Below the pieces are notes generated by a model. The model did not search any database. It saw only the letters and a program-made list of their open reading frames with translations, and had not been told where the DNA came from. The position numbers and the translations under genes are program-made. Of a DNA stretch of 64,000 nt, positions 9,425-19,321 are shown in pieces (positions within the stretch are counted from its first letter, which is position 1; each line of letters begins with the position of its first letter). Source of the stretch: an uncultured archaeon (GTDB lineage Archaea; Nanobdellota; Nanobdellia; Woesearchaeales; UBA9642); the NCBI GenBank assembly GCA_963777125.1, contig CAVZPN010000024.1:6596-70595 (forward strand), written 5' to 3'.

Positions 9425-10273
9425 ATGGAAAGAAAATTAGTAAAACAAGGACGAGATGCATTAACAGTAACCTTACCATCAAAATGGCTTAAAGATAAAG
9501 GATTAAAAGCGGGAAGGGAAGTAAATATTAACGTGGAAAAAGAGAGATTAATCATTAGCGCAGAAAATAGCATCTTATTCAAAGAAATAACTGTTGACAT
9601 AAGAAATGATGAAAAAGGTATGAGTTGGCATAAATTAATAAGTAAATATGTTGATGGATATGATAAAATAATTATACTTCATTCAAATTCCGAATTAATA
9701 CCCTTATTTTCACAAAGTTTACTCGGAATGATAATAGAAGAACATACATCTTCAAGAACAGTATTAAAATCATTAATTTCTATTCCAGAAAATAATATTG
9801 ATATAATTATTAGAAGAATAGTGCATATGCTCGAGCAACAAGCCACATTACTAGAGCAAGTAGCAAAAGGAATAACGACAGAAAAAGAAGTAAAATCTCA
9901 AGAAAAATTACTAGATGCAAACATATATTATTGTCTAAGATACATAAACAAATATCATTCGCAACAAGACTCATATAAACATTTTTTATTATGCGCGACA
10001 ATAGAATCAGCTGGTGACACTATTTCAATAATTGCACAACATATTGATAAGGATACAAAATTAGCAAAAATAATTGTAAATGCAGTACAAACATATAATA
10101 AATATTTATTTTCTGGAGACTTAGATAAATTATATTTTTCATTAAGAACATTTAGAAACAGCATACCTAAAAAGACATTTGTACAAGGATTAACATTCGA
10201 ACTAGCAGAAATATTATACAATAATTTAGGCTATTTGATGGATAATAACAAAGAGCATCAACATACTAACTAA
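9425..10273 (+). CDS. AbrB/MazE-domain PhoU-like regulator
   Basis: MERKLVKQG..ALTVTLPSKW.K..GLK.G N-terminus; Y..GYD.I.I; IE..GD PhoU-like helices. Confidence 0.85.
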   Translation: MERKLVKQGRDALTVTLPSKWLKDKGLKAGREVNINVEKERLIISAENSILFKEITVDIRNDEKGMSWHKLISKYVDGYDKIIILHSNSELIPLFSQSLLGMIIEEHTSSRTVLKSLISIPENNIDIIIRRIVHMLEQQATLLEQVAKGITTEKEVKSQEKLLDANIYYCLRYINKYHSQQDSYKHFLLCATIESAGDTISIIAQHIDKDTKLAKIIVNAVQTYNKYLFSGDLDKLYFSLRTFRNSIPKKTFVQGLTFELAEILYNNLGYLMDNNKEHQHTN

Positions 10274-10324
10274 CTAAATATAAATTACCATAAAAAATAT
10301 AAAAAGGAACCATAATAGCTCAAA

Positions 10325-10681
10325 ATGACCTTAAATGATCAATTAAATATAGAGGATGCTGAGTTTCTAAAAGCACAAATCGCATTTAATCTAAATCAAA
10401 TACAAACAAAATATGCGGTTTCAGAAAAAGATAGAGATATTGCAATAGATAATATATTACAACTATATGATTCAGGCATTAAAACTGAACAAATACCTAA
10501 AGATAAGCATGAAACATTCTGTCTACTTATGGCTTATAGATATTACAATCTAATTACAGATTCATTTGCTACATTAACAAGAGAAGCTAAAGGAAGAAAA
10601 TTAATATATTCTATTACGCCCATAACCGAGATAACAATAGATTATCTTCTTGAAAATGTAGGAATACAAAAACATAAATAA
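10325..10681 (+). CDS. Hypothetical protein
   Basis: 118-aa ORF with no recognisable motif. Confidence 0.6.
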   Translation: MTLNDQLNIEDAEFLKAQIAFNLNQIQTKYAVSEKDRDIAIDNILQLYDSGIKTEQIPKDKHETFCLLMAYRYYNLITDSFATLTREAKGRKLIYSITPITEITIDYLLENVGIQKHK

Positions 10682-10924
10682 CTCGTTATAAAAATTTCTA
10701 AAAAAAACAGCCCTAATACAAATTGCATCTTAAATTCTAATGCATGCATATTATAATAAAACAGCATAATCTTTCTTCAAATATTTTCTTTAGTCAAATA
10801 GTATTAATAAGGGTATAAAATCACAAATAACGTATATTCATTATAACATAGAAAAATCTTGTTACTACGCAAAAATTTATAAATAGCAAGTAACATACGT
10901 TTAATATAGTATGAGGGTGTAATA

Positions 10925-11746
10925 ATGAAGTTGCGTAAAATTAAAGATTTTTTAAACAACATTTTCCATGGTGTTAAAGGCAGTGCAATATTCTTTATGC
11001 TAGGAGTAATATTTTTCGCATTCTGGAAATTAATATATATTATTACATCTAAAGATTTACTATTATCCAAATATTTAATCTCAACAGTAATGGGCAGTCT
11101 CATAATTATAGGATTTATCTATGGAGTAATAGCATATAAAAAGAAAAATCATCATTATAAAATCTATACTATGACGGGTAAAAATTTTATAATTAACTTA
11201 ATATTAACAATAATATTTACAGGATATTTCTGGTATGTATTGAGAAATAAAGTCATTCCATCAAATACCATATACTTATTCTTCTTAGGAGCATTTATCT
11301 TATTTTATGCGTTCAGTGCATTAATCAGTAACATACATCATCATGTAACTAAAAAACAACATAAAAAAATAAAGAAAAGCACAATATTTTTTGCAGTAAT
11401 ATTTAATCCAATATTTATATTAATATATCTGTGGTTATTTAGCATGGTAGTATATAACTCAGTATATGTTCCTTGCGGTGTTAGTGTTATAGGAATAGAT
11501 AAGAATGTATACACAAGTAATACTAGAAATCTTGGCATAACAGCTAATGAACGAATAATTCTTATAGATAATATAGAAATAAATTCATTACAAGACGTTA
11601 GAGATTACATGGCAAGTCTTGAATCGACAAAAGAAGTGACTGTTGAAACGACTAAAAGCATATATTTAGTTAAAACATATCAAGTAGATAATAGAAGATA
11701 TATGGGACTATTACTAAAAGAGCAAGTATGTGCTAGAGAATATTAA
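10925..11746 (+). CDS. Multi-pass membrane protein with C-terminal PDZ-like domain
   Basis: About five TM helices, then GVSVIGI...LGITANERIILIDNIEINSLQD...YMGL as in archaeal PDZ domains. Confidence 0.65.
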   Translation: MKLRKIKDFLNNIFHGVKGSAIFFMLGVIFFAFWKLIYIITSKDLLLSKYLISTVMGSLIIIGFIYGVIAYKKKNHHYKIYTMTGKNFIINLILTIIFTGYFWYVLRNKVIPSNTIYLFFLGAFILFYAFSALISNIHHHVTKKQHKKIKKSTIFFAVIFNPIFILIYLWLFSMVVYNSVYVPCGVSVIGIDKNVYTSNTRNLGITANERIILIDNIEINSLQDVRDYMASLESTKEVTVETTKSIYLVKTYQVDNRRYMGLLLKEQVCAREY

Positions 11747-11754
11747 TAATTTCC

Positions 11755-12618
11755 TTATTTATTAATTATTGTGCGTTTACCTTTAAAACTTATACAAGGA
11801 ATGTCTTTAGCCCTATTTTCTAAAGGAACAAATAACTTATACCTCGTTGGATCTAAATTAATATATTTTTCCCCTAATTTAATACCAACCCACATATAAC
11901 TTTCTAAACTATTATTTTTATTAACACGATTACCTAGGCATATTCCTGCATTAAAGCGATAATAAGTTAATATGGAATACAATGCTAAACTCAAATCATT
12001 ACTATCACCTAATTTACCATTAGTTAATTGTTCAAGATCAACATATGAAGGACTTAATTTTCCCGTTCGCATATGTTTTACTGATAAATTATATATTTTT
12101 CTTAATCTTTCGTCTTGAGAAGACTCAGTAGCATTTATAGAATCTAAAGAAAATACTAGTTCTTTTAAAGGAATAAATTTAGGTATAATATTATCACAAG
12201 AAGTATTAGCTACATAATAAAGCTGTTTAAAATTTTGCATAAGATTCATATTAATAGTATTTTCAAGCAATCTAAATGAATTAGCATCAAATGACCAAGT
12301 ATTAACATGTTCTAAACTATCTATAAGTCTAACATAATTTAAATATTTTGGCGTTAAATAATTACGATTAAGTTTATTTAAAACGAAGGAAGAAATACCT
12401 TTTTCATTTTCCATAAAACATGAATCAATAGAATTATAAATGCTTGGCCAAGGAGCATCATTTTTACGTTTGGAAATACTATCAGAAACTTCTCTTGTAG
12501 AATAACTATTGTTTATATTAGAAGGAATGCTTTTATTAAAATTATCAGCATACATATTACTAGTTAAAAATGTTAAGGCAGTAACAAAATACAACTTAGA
12601 TAAAGAGGATAACCCCAT
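11755..12618 (-). CDS. Secreted transglutaminase-like protein, probably catalytically inactive
   Basis: Signal peptide; paralog of 12817 ORF; GDSND and SYMW replace GKCNA and YHAW; LDPT retained. Confidence 0.75.
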   Translation of the reverse strand: MGLSSLSKLYFVTALTFLTSNMYADNFNKSIPSNINNSYSTREVSDSISKRKNDAPWPSIYNSIDSCFMENEKGISSFVLNKLNRNYLTPKYLNYVRLIDSLEHVNTWSFDANSFRLLENTINMNLMQNFKQLYYVANTSCDNIIPKFIPLKELVFSLDSINATESSQDERLRKIYNLSVKHMRTGKLSPSYVDLEQLTNGKLGDSNDLSLALYSILTYYRFNAGICLGNRVNKNNSLESYMWVGIKLGEKYINLDPTRYKLFVPLENRAKDIPCISFKGKRTIINK

Positions 12619-12637
12619 AGCAAAGATAAAAACAAAT

Positions 12638-12657
12638 ATATTTAAAAATATTACTAT
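12638..12657 (-). promoter_or_regulatory. BRE/TATA promoter, probably leaderless transcript
   Basis: ATAGTAATATTTTTAAATAT, 20 bp from the ATG at 12618. Confidence 0.6.
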
Positions 12658-12816
12658 TCATGATTAAAACAACAGTCGCAAATAAGCGCAGTTAATCATT
12701 ATTAACACAAAGAAATTCAAGGTATAATACTTCTTGCAAGAAAAAGTCATATAAATTTTTTTAATACGACATTAGTCAAGAGTTTAATATTAAGCAAAGG
12801 AAAAAAAAACAATATC

Positions 12817-13674
12817 TTAACGCACAGTAATTTTGCGCTTTACTCCAATATATTCATCCTTTACAGTATAACGTTTAATATCTTTACACCTATTTTCTAA
12901 CGGCACAAAAAAAGGATAATAAGTAGGATCTAAATCAATATATCCGTCATCTAAATTTACGCCAATCCAGGCATGATATATTACTTTTTTCCCAGAATTA
13001 TTAATTTGTTTTCCAAAACACATAACAGCATCAAATCCATAATAAGTTAAAATAGAATAAAATGCAGGAGCAACAGCATTACATTTACCTAATTGACCAC
13101 TGACCAGACTATTAATATCCACATCGTCATTTGCATCTTTATCTACACTAATTTTAGTATTCAAACAATTATACATTTTTCGTAATTTCTCTGAAAGATC
13201 TAACTTATCAACAGATATAGAATCTAAAGAAGATAATAAATATTTTAATGAAACAACTTCATTTTTTAAATCAGTTCTCGAAATAGACTCAACATTCGAA
13301 ATGAGTTGAAAATTACGTATAGCAGTATCTACAAGTTCATTACACGATTGTTCTATTAAAGAATCGGGTAGCAAGCCCCAAATACCAACATTTTCTAAAC
13401 TATCAACTCTTCTAAAATATTCTAAATAATCGTCTTTTTTGTAACGAGAATTATCAACATTATTCAAAAATCTCTCAGATATGCCTCCTTTTCGTATAAC
13501 AAAACTTCGAGCGGAAGAATCATATATCTTAGGCCAACAAATTATTTGTTGATTCTTATCAGTAGAACCACTTTGAGAAGTATTTTGAGCATTAGCATTA
13601 ATAGTAGCTATAGATACAGATGAAACAGTTAATAATGCAGCAAGAGATAAATTAGATAAATACGATAAACTCAT
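12817..13674 (-). CDS. Secreted transglutaminase-like cysteine protease
   Basis: Signal peptide (ANA-Q); GKCN, YHAW and LDPT give a Cys-His-Asp triad. Start set at 13674 from promoter spacing. Confidence 0.8.
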   Translation of the reverse strand: MSLSYLSNLSLAALLTVSSVSIATINANAQNTSQSGSTDKNQQIICWPKIYDSSARSFVIRKGGISERFLNNVDNSRYKKDDYLEYFRRVDSLENVGIWGLLPDSLIEQSCNELVDTAIRNFQLISNVESISRTDLKNEVVSLKYLLSSLDSISVDKLDLSEKLRKMYNCLNTKISVDKDANDDVDINSLVSGQLGKCNAVAPAFYSILTYYGFDAVMCFGKQINNSGKKVIYHAWIGVNLDDGYIDLDPTYYPFFVPLENRCKDIKRYTVKDEYIGVKRKITVR

Positions 13675-13693
13675 TAAGTATAGAAAAATAAAC

Positions 13694-13713
13694 ATATTTA
13701 AAAATGTTACTAT
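13694..13713 (-). promoter_or_regulatory. BRE/TATA promoter, probably leaderless transcript
   Basis: ATAGTAACATTTTTAAATAT, 20 bp from ATG 13674. Confidence 0.6.
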
Positions 13714-13751
13714 GGCGGAGTACTAAAACAAACTTAATTTATTAAATGTAC

Positions 13752-15311
13752 CTATTCCTTCACACCATACATCTTATAATATTTATTTTTTAAATAAGTC
13801 GTAAAATCACTTACATCTAAATCTTTACCACACGCATTTCTTATTATTTCTTTTGATGTTTTACTTGCAGCATACTGATGTACATGTTCTTTTAGCCAGC
13901 CTCGAATAAAAGTAAAATCTAATTTTTCTATATCTTTATCTATATCAGGATGTTCTTTTTTCATAGCATTATATAACATTACAGAATAAATACTTCCAAG
14001 AGCATAAGTTGGAAAATAACCTATATTACCTCCTGACCAATGTGAATCTTGTAACACACCTTTGGAAGGTTTATTTGGAGTTATTCCTAAATAATCTTGA
14101 TATTTTGCATTCCATACTTTCTCTAAATCCTCAACACGTATTTTATTTGCAAATAAATCTTTCTCTATTTCATAACGTATTATTACATGTAAACAATAAG
14201 TTAGTTCATCAGATTCTATTCTAACTAAAGATGGTTGTGCAATATTTATTGATTTATAAAATTGTGTCAAAGGTACTTTTTTTAATTGAGGAAACTTGGA
14301 TACATAATAAGTATAATATCCTTCCCAAAAGTTTTCTGATTTACAAACAACATTTTCCCAAAATCTAGATTGTGACTCATGTAATGCTAAACTTAATGAA
14401 CCACCACCCACGAGTATAGTATTATGCATTTTTGTATCAAAACTAGACTCGTATAATGCGTGACCAGATTCATGAACTGTACTTCCAAAACTAAAAAAAG
14501 GATCATCTCGTACAGCAGTTGTTATTCTAATATCATCACTACTAATGGTTGCCATAAATGGGTGTACTGTCTTTGCAAGCATATACCTATCAGTATCAAC
14601 TAATATCTTTTTAGCAATATCAGCCGATATTTCTAATTGAGTTTCTTTTGAAAATACTCCAAATGATTCAAGTTTTTTATTATTAATAGAAACATAATTA
14701 GGCGAAGATTTAATCTTAGATAATATTTCTAAAATATCTTTTTTTAATTTTACAAACACAGTATCAATATCTTTGATAGTAATTCCGCGTTCATAATCGT
14801 CAAGAAAAATATTATAAGGATTAGCTTTTGCATCAATATACTTAGCTTCTTTCTTTTTTAAATCAAATACTTTTTTTAGATGAGGCATAAATTCTGCATA
14901 CGATTCTTTGTTTCTTGCATTTACCCAAGCATTATGTGCAATAGATAAAGTCTTAGTATATTCTTCGACATGTTCTTTCGGAACGTTTAATTGTTTTTTT
15001 AATTTCCAATTATACAAATCAACTCTTGCTTTATCGAAAGTAGATAATTTTGCATAAATATTTTTTTGTGATAAGTTACGTATTAATGAAACTGTTTTTT
15101 TTGAAGTTAATAACTCATGTATTTGAACACTAATTAAAGCTTCTTGATCAGCTCTTTGCTCAAATGCTTTTTTTGGTAAATTAACATCCTCATCCCACTG
15201 AAGTAATGCACTAATTCCCTGAAGTAAAGAAGATTCTTTTTCCAAAGCGTTAAATTCTGTTAATATTACTGACAAATTGTTGGCATTAGATTTTGTATTC
15301 ATAATTATCAC
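13752..15311 (-). CDS. Carboxypeptidase M32 (Taq-type)
   Basis: HPF, DIRITT, HESGHALYE, HESQSRFWEN, RIESDE.TY..H...RYEIEK, GVLQDSHW, GYFPTYALG. Confidence 0.95.
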   Translation of the reverse strand: MIIMNTKSNANNLSVILTEFNALEKESSLLQGISALLQWDEDVNLPKKAFEQRADQEALISVQIHELLTSKKTVSLIRNLSQKNIYAKLSTFDKARVDLYNWKLKKQLNVPKEHVEEYTKTLSIAHNAWVNARNKESYAEFMPHLKKVFDLKKKEAKYIDAKANPYNIFLDDYERGITIKDIDTVFVKLKKDILEILSKIKSSPNYVSINNKKLESFGVFSKETQLEISADIAKKILVDTDRYMLAKTVHPFMATISSDDIRITTAVRDDPFFSFGSTVHESGHALYESSFDTKMHNTILVGGGSLSLALHESQSRFWENVVCKSENFWEGYYTYYVSKFPQLKKVPLTQFYKSINIAQPSLVRIESDELTYCLHVIIRYEIEKDLFANKIRVEDLEKVWNAKYQDYLGITPNKPSKGVLQDSHWSGGNIGYFPTYALGSIYSVMLYNAMKKEHPDIDKDIEKLDFTFIRGWLKEHVHQYAASKTSKEIIRNACGKDLDVSDFTTYLKNKYYKMYGVKE

Positions 15312-15386
15312 CTTAAAATCAAGTAAGTACTATATTAAAATATTATTTAAAAATTAAAAACTATAAAATTATAAAAACATATAAAC

Positions 15387-16064
15387 TTATTTACTATTAA
15401 TCATAGAAGAACAAATTCTACCTGCACCAATTCTTGACTCATATGTTTGTCCTTCTCTAATATTATTTTTAGTTTCTCTGAGAGTATAAGCAATACCAAC
15501 AATAATGCCTGCAGCAAAACCTACAAGACCAGTATACAAAACATCAGGATTCAAATCCGAATAAGTATTAGCATAGTATTTATCAGAGAAAGCCATAGCT
15601 AATGACTTAACTACTGCAAAGCTCATAAAACCTAACATTCCTAAACTAACTAAATTAAAATCATAATGTGTACGTTCATTTTTTTTAGTAAGTGCCTTTT
15701 TTACTGCCTTTCGTGAACTATAATTACATAATGCATGAACAAATTCTTGTCTATATTTAGAATCTATATCAACATCAATAGATACTCTAGAAGCATTATT
15801 AAGTACATCTTTAGAATAAACATCTGCGCCCATCTTTGCAGCAATAGTATTTATTAATAAGTCTCTATGATTAGGAACTCTAGCAATATCACGATTAATA
15901 TTAACTTTATAGGAAATATTATTATTGGTATAATTAGAACTAACACCTAAATCTTCTAAACTAAGAACATTAGAATCATTTTTTAATAATTTATCTAAAG
16001 TAGAATAATTCAACTTAGACTTCTCTAAAACATCAATCTTACTTAAATTAAGTTCGGCAGTCAT
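15387..16064 (-). CDS. Hypothetical membrane protein (two C-terminal TM helices)
   Basis: GGGG RBS; two hydrophobic segments near the C-terminus. Confidence 0.65.
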   Translation of the reverse strand: MTAELNLSKIDVLEKSKLNYSTLDKLLKNDSNVLSLEDLGVSSNYTNNNISYKVNINRDIARVPNHRDLLINTIAAKMGADVYSKDVLNNASRVSIDVDIDSKYRQEFVHALCNYSSRKAVKKALTKKNERTHYDFNLVSLGMLGFMSFAVVKSLAMAFSDKYYANTYSDLNPDVLYTGLVGFAAGIIVGIAYTLRETKNNIREGQTYESRIGAGRICSSMINSK

Positions 16065-16159
16065 ATTAATCCCCCTATTAACAAAAGCTTAAATAAGAAT
16101 AATTAGGTAATTTATAAATATTGATAAAATATATAAAGATACTAATATGAATTAGAAAT

Positions 16160-16717
16160 ATGAGTGGTGAGTTCGAATTTTCTAAACCTAAAGATGTTGC
16201 TCCAGCAATAGAGATTAAGCTAAAAAAAATTAATCAATTATTTAATTCATTTGATCCAAGTCCCTTTTTAGATAAAGAATTAGATGATGATGCAGTAGAA
16301 TACATTGTAAGTTATGCAATGGAATATGCTAAACTAAATCAAAAAATGATTATATATATTCCAACAAATCATAAATCTAAAATGTCAGAAGTTGAAATTA
16401 GAAGATCAATCCATAATTACTTCGAGTATAAAAGATCACTTGCAGAAAAAAGAATAAAATTAAAATTTCGTGAAGGACAATTAAGTTTAATTGTAGGAAT
16501 AAGTTTTCTCGTATCATGTATATTACTCGGAGAATATGTTAGAACGCTTGCGCAAAATACTTGGACATATATAATATTTGAAGGATTACTAATTGGTGGC
16601 TGGGTTGCTATGTGGAAACCAATAAGCGATATTTTGTATGAATGGTGGCCAATATATGATGAGAAAAAAATCTATCATAAACTTTCTGAAATGCCAATAG
16701 AATTTAGATATGTATAA
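16160..16717 (+). CDS. Conserved hypothetical membrane protein
   Basis: QLFNSFDPSPF..KELD.DA.EYI and EGLLIGGWVAMWKP...LYEWWP family motifs; two TMs. Confidence 0.8.
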   Translation: MSGEFEFSKPKDVAPAIEIKLKKINQLFNSFDPSPFLDKELDDDAVEYIVSYAMEYAKLNQKMIIYIPTNHKSKMSEVEIRRSIHNYFEYKRSLAEKRIKLKFREGQLSLIVGISFLVSCILLGEYVRTLAQNTWTYIIFEGLLIGGWVAMWKPISDILYEWWPIYDEKKIYHKLSEMPIEFRYV

Positions 16718-16784
16718 ACAACTATTTGAATTAAATTTTTCTTTAAAACGATTAATTAAATTATAAAAAAAATTAAAAGAAAAA

Positions 16785-17348
16785 TTATATTTTGCCTATC
16801 AAATCAACACCAGGTTTTAATGTCTTACTTCCTGGTTTCCAACTTGCAGGGCATACTTCTCCACCATTCTTTTCAACGAATTGTGCAGCTTCAATTTTTC
16901 TTATCAATTCAGCTGAACTTCTTCCAATGCTATTGTTATGAAATTCGTATGCTTTTACAACACCATGCGGATCAATAACAAACGTCGCTCTTAAAGATAA
17001 TCCTTCTGAATCAATTAATGTACCATAATTATTACATATAGTGTGTGTTGGATCTGCAAGCATAGGATAATTTATTTTTTTAATAGTTGCTGACTCATCA
17101 TGCCATGCTTTATGTACAAATGCAGTATCAACACTAACACTCAATATTTCAGTATTTAATTTTTTAAATGTTTCATAATTATCTGCGAGTTCTCCAAGTT
17201 CAGTTGGACACACAAAAGTAAAATCGGCAGGATAAAAGAATAACACAACCCATTTTCCTTGAAAATCTTTTAATGCAATATTTTTTATTTGTCCATCATG
17301 AAATGCTTCCACATTAAATTCCGGTGCTTTTTCGTTTATTTTTACCAT
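16785..17348 (-). CDS. ahpC: 2-Cys peroxiredoxin (alkyl hydroperoxide reductase C)
   Basis: FFYPADFTFVCPTEL and GEVCPA motifs. Confidence 0.96.
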   Translation of the reverse strand: MVKINEKAPEFNVEAFHDGQIKNIALKDFQGKWVVLFFYPADFTFVCPTELGELADNYETFKKLNTEILSVSVDTAFVHKAWHDESATIKKINYPMLADPTHTICNNYGTLIDSEGLSLRATFVIDPHGVVKAYEFHNNSIGRSSAELIRKIEAAQFVEKNGGEVCPASWKPGSKTLKPGVDLIGKI

Positions 17349-17369
17349 TTTTATTTTCCTCCATTCTAT

Positions 17370-18131
17370 CTATTTTTTATCTTTTTTAAAATAATACTTT
17401 AAATGCCACAATATATGAAATGCAGACACTATTAACATAATCAACCCGAAGACCACATGCCAATAGGATATATTAAAAAAAGTAGGAATTATAAAATTAT
17501 ATTCAACACGTAATAACCATAATAAAGAGGTAATCATAACAGGAATAAATACAATCAATAATAACCAATTCCATATTTTTCTATGAATATTAACACTAAT
17601 AATATTTCGTTTTGATAAAATAACAGTAAATAAATATAACAAGTGTGTAGCAAGAACTATTGCAATAATCGGATATGTGTGTGTAGAAGTTGTCTTATTC
17701 GTAACATCTTTTGAATCATTAATCATAGTTAATGCAATCTGTCTTACAATCACAGGTTTTACCGCATAATTATCGTGTAAATATTGAAATGAAGAAGATT
17801 TTTTTACTGAAATTCCTGCAACAGCAGATATCTCTTTTGCAAATTGATCGCCTTCAATTTTATAATATTCTGCTACTTGTTCAACAGTCATAGATTTTAT
17901 TTGAGTGCTTGTTAAATCGCTAGCAGATATATTTATATCACAACTATCAATTAAACTTTGAGATAAATCACACAAAGAATCTACATTTTTATCTATGTAT
18001 AGGCCGCATGATCCAGGAGCCGTATCATTAATTAATCCTATCGGACAATCTAATGCATTAACATTATTTAAACTAAATAAAAAAATACTTAGAAATAATA
18101 ATATCATTAAAAAATATTTTTGTAATTTCAT
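17370..18131 (-). CDS. Membrane protein with N-terminal Cys motif and DUF4405-like C-terminal TM domain
   Basis: Signal peptide; CPIG..ND..PG.C..YID.N.D..CD.SQ; TMs with HRKIWN, WHV..G, HILWH. Confidence 0.7.
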   Translation of the reverse strand: MKLQKYFLMILLFLSIFLFSLNNVNALDCPIGLINDTAPGSCGLYIDKNVDSLCDLSQSLIDSCDINISASDLTSTQIKSMTVEQVAEYYKIEGDQFAKEISAVAGISVKKSSSFQYLHDNYAVKPVIVRQIALTMINDSKDVTNKTTSTHTYPIIAIVLATHLLYLFTVILSKRNIISVNIHRKIWNWLLLIVFIPVMITSLLWLLRVEYNFIIPTFFNISYWHVVFGLIMLIVSAFHILWHLKYYFKKDKK

Positions 18132-18159
18132 ATTAGCTCACTAGTAATTTATTTGTAAA

Positions 18160-19119
18160 TTATTTTAATGTAGATAAATAATCATATACTCCTAGAGCTG
18201 CGACAGCACCATTTGAAGCAGATATTACTAATTGTTTGTAAGGATTATATACTACATCTCCTGCTGCAAAAAAACCTGCAGTTTTAGTCATGCCTTTGAC
18301 ATCTATATCTAAATATCCAGATGAATTTAATTCTACAATATTTTTTATTGGTTCAACTATAGGGTTATAACCTACATTAACTATTATACCTTCTATAGGC
18401 AATTCTTTATTTTGACCATTAATATCTAATACTAGCGCAGTAACTCTTTTATCACCAATAATACTTGTAGGTTTTGCAGAATATATTATTTCAACATTAG
18501 GATCTTTAATTAATTTATCAATTAGTACAGGATCTCCTTTTAATGTAGGATATTTACTTATCAAATAGACTTTTTTAGCAATAGATTTCATATATATTGC
18601 TGAAGTTAATCCGTTATTTCCTGCACCAACTACTGCAACAGTCTTATCTTTGTATAATGGTCCATCACATATTGAACAATAGGTTACTCCTCGACCAAGC
18701 ATTTCTTTTTCTCCGGGAACTCCTAATTCTTTATACTTTGAGCCTGTTGCCCAAATTAATGTTTTGGAAAAGTATTTACCACCATAAGTTGTTACAATAA
18801 ATTTACTTCCATCCGAACTAGAATCATTTTTTGTAACATCTGTTACAGCATCTTCAATAATTTCTACATTAAAACCTTTCATATGTGTAACAAATTTTTC
18901 AGCCAATTCTTGTCCAGAAATACTTGAAAAACCAGGATAATTTTCAACAAAAGTAGTGTTCATTATTTCTCCACCAAATTCTGGAGAAATTATTGCAAAA
19001 GTCATTTCTTTTCTTGCAGCATATATTGCAGCAGTTATTCCTGCAACCCCGCCACCAACTATTAATAAGTCGTAGACTTTATTTTCAGTTGTTTGATTTA
19101 CTTGATTTTCATTAGTCAT
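18160..19119 (-). CDS. trxB: Thioredoxin reductase-like flavoprotein
   Basis: GGGVAG, VENYPG, ATGS, GRGVTYCSICDG, FAAGD. Confidence 0.93.
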   Translation of the reverse strand: MTNENQVNQTTENKVYDLLIVGGGVAGITAAIYAARKEMTFAIISPEFGGEIMNTTFVENYPGFSSISGQELAEKFVTHMKGFNVEIIEDAVTDVTKNDSSSDGSKFIVTTYGGKYFSKTLIWATGSKYKELGVPGEKEMLGRGVTYCSICDGPLYKDKTVAVVGAGNNGLTSAIYMKSIAKKVYLISKYPTLKGDPVLIDKLIKDPNVEIIYSAKPTSIIGDKRVTALVLDINGQNKELPIEGIIVNVGYNPIVEPIKNIVELNSSGYLDIDVKGMTKTAGFFAAGDVVYNPYKQLVISASNGAVAALGVYDYLSTLK

Positions 19120-19321
19120 ATATTCACCTTAAATTAACTTAGTTTATGTAATATAAAAATTTGATGTTATGCAAATATAAGAAGCATATTCATATTCTCA
19201 TTAGTAGTGCAAATTATAGCACACTTATAAATGTTAAGGAGTTGTGAATAAATACTGATTGAAAATGCACAAATGACAAAAGAAATTAACAATAAAGTAC
19301 AAAATAAAAAAGTATAAAAGT

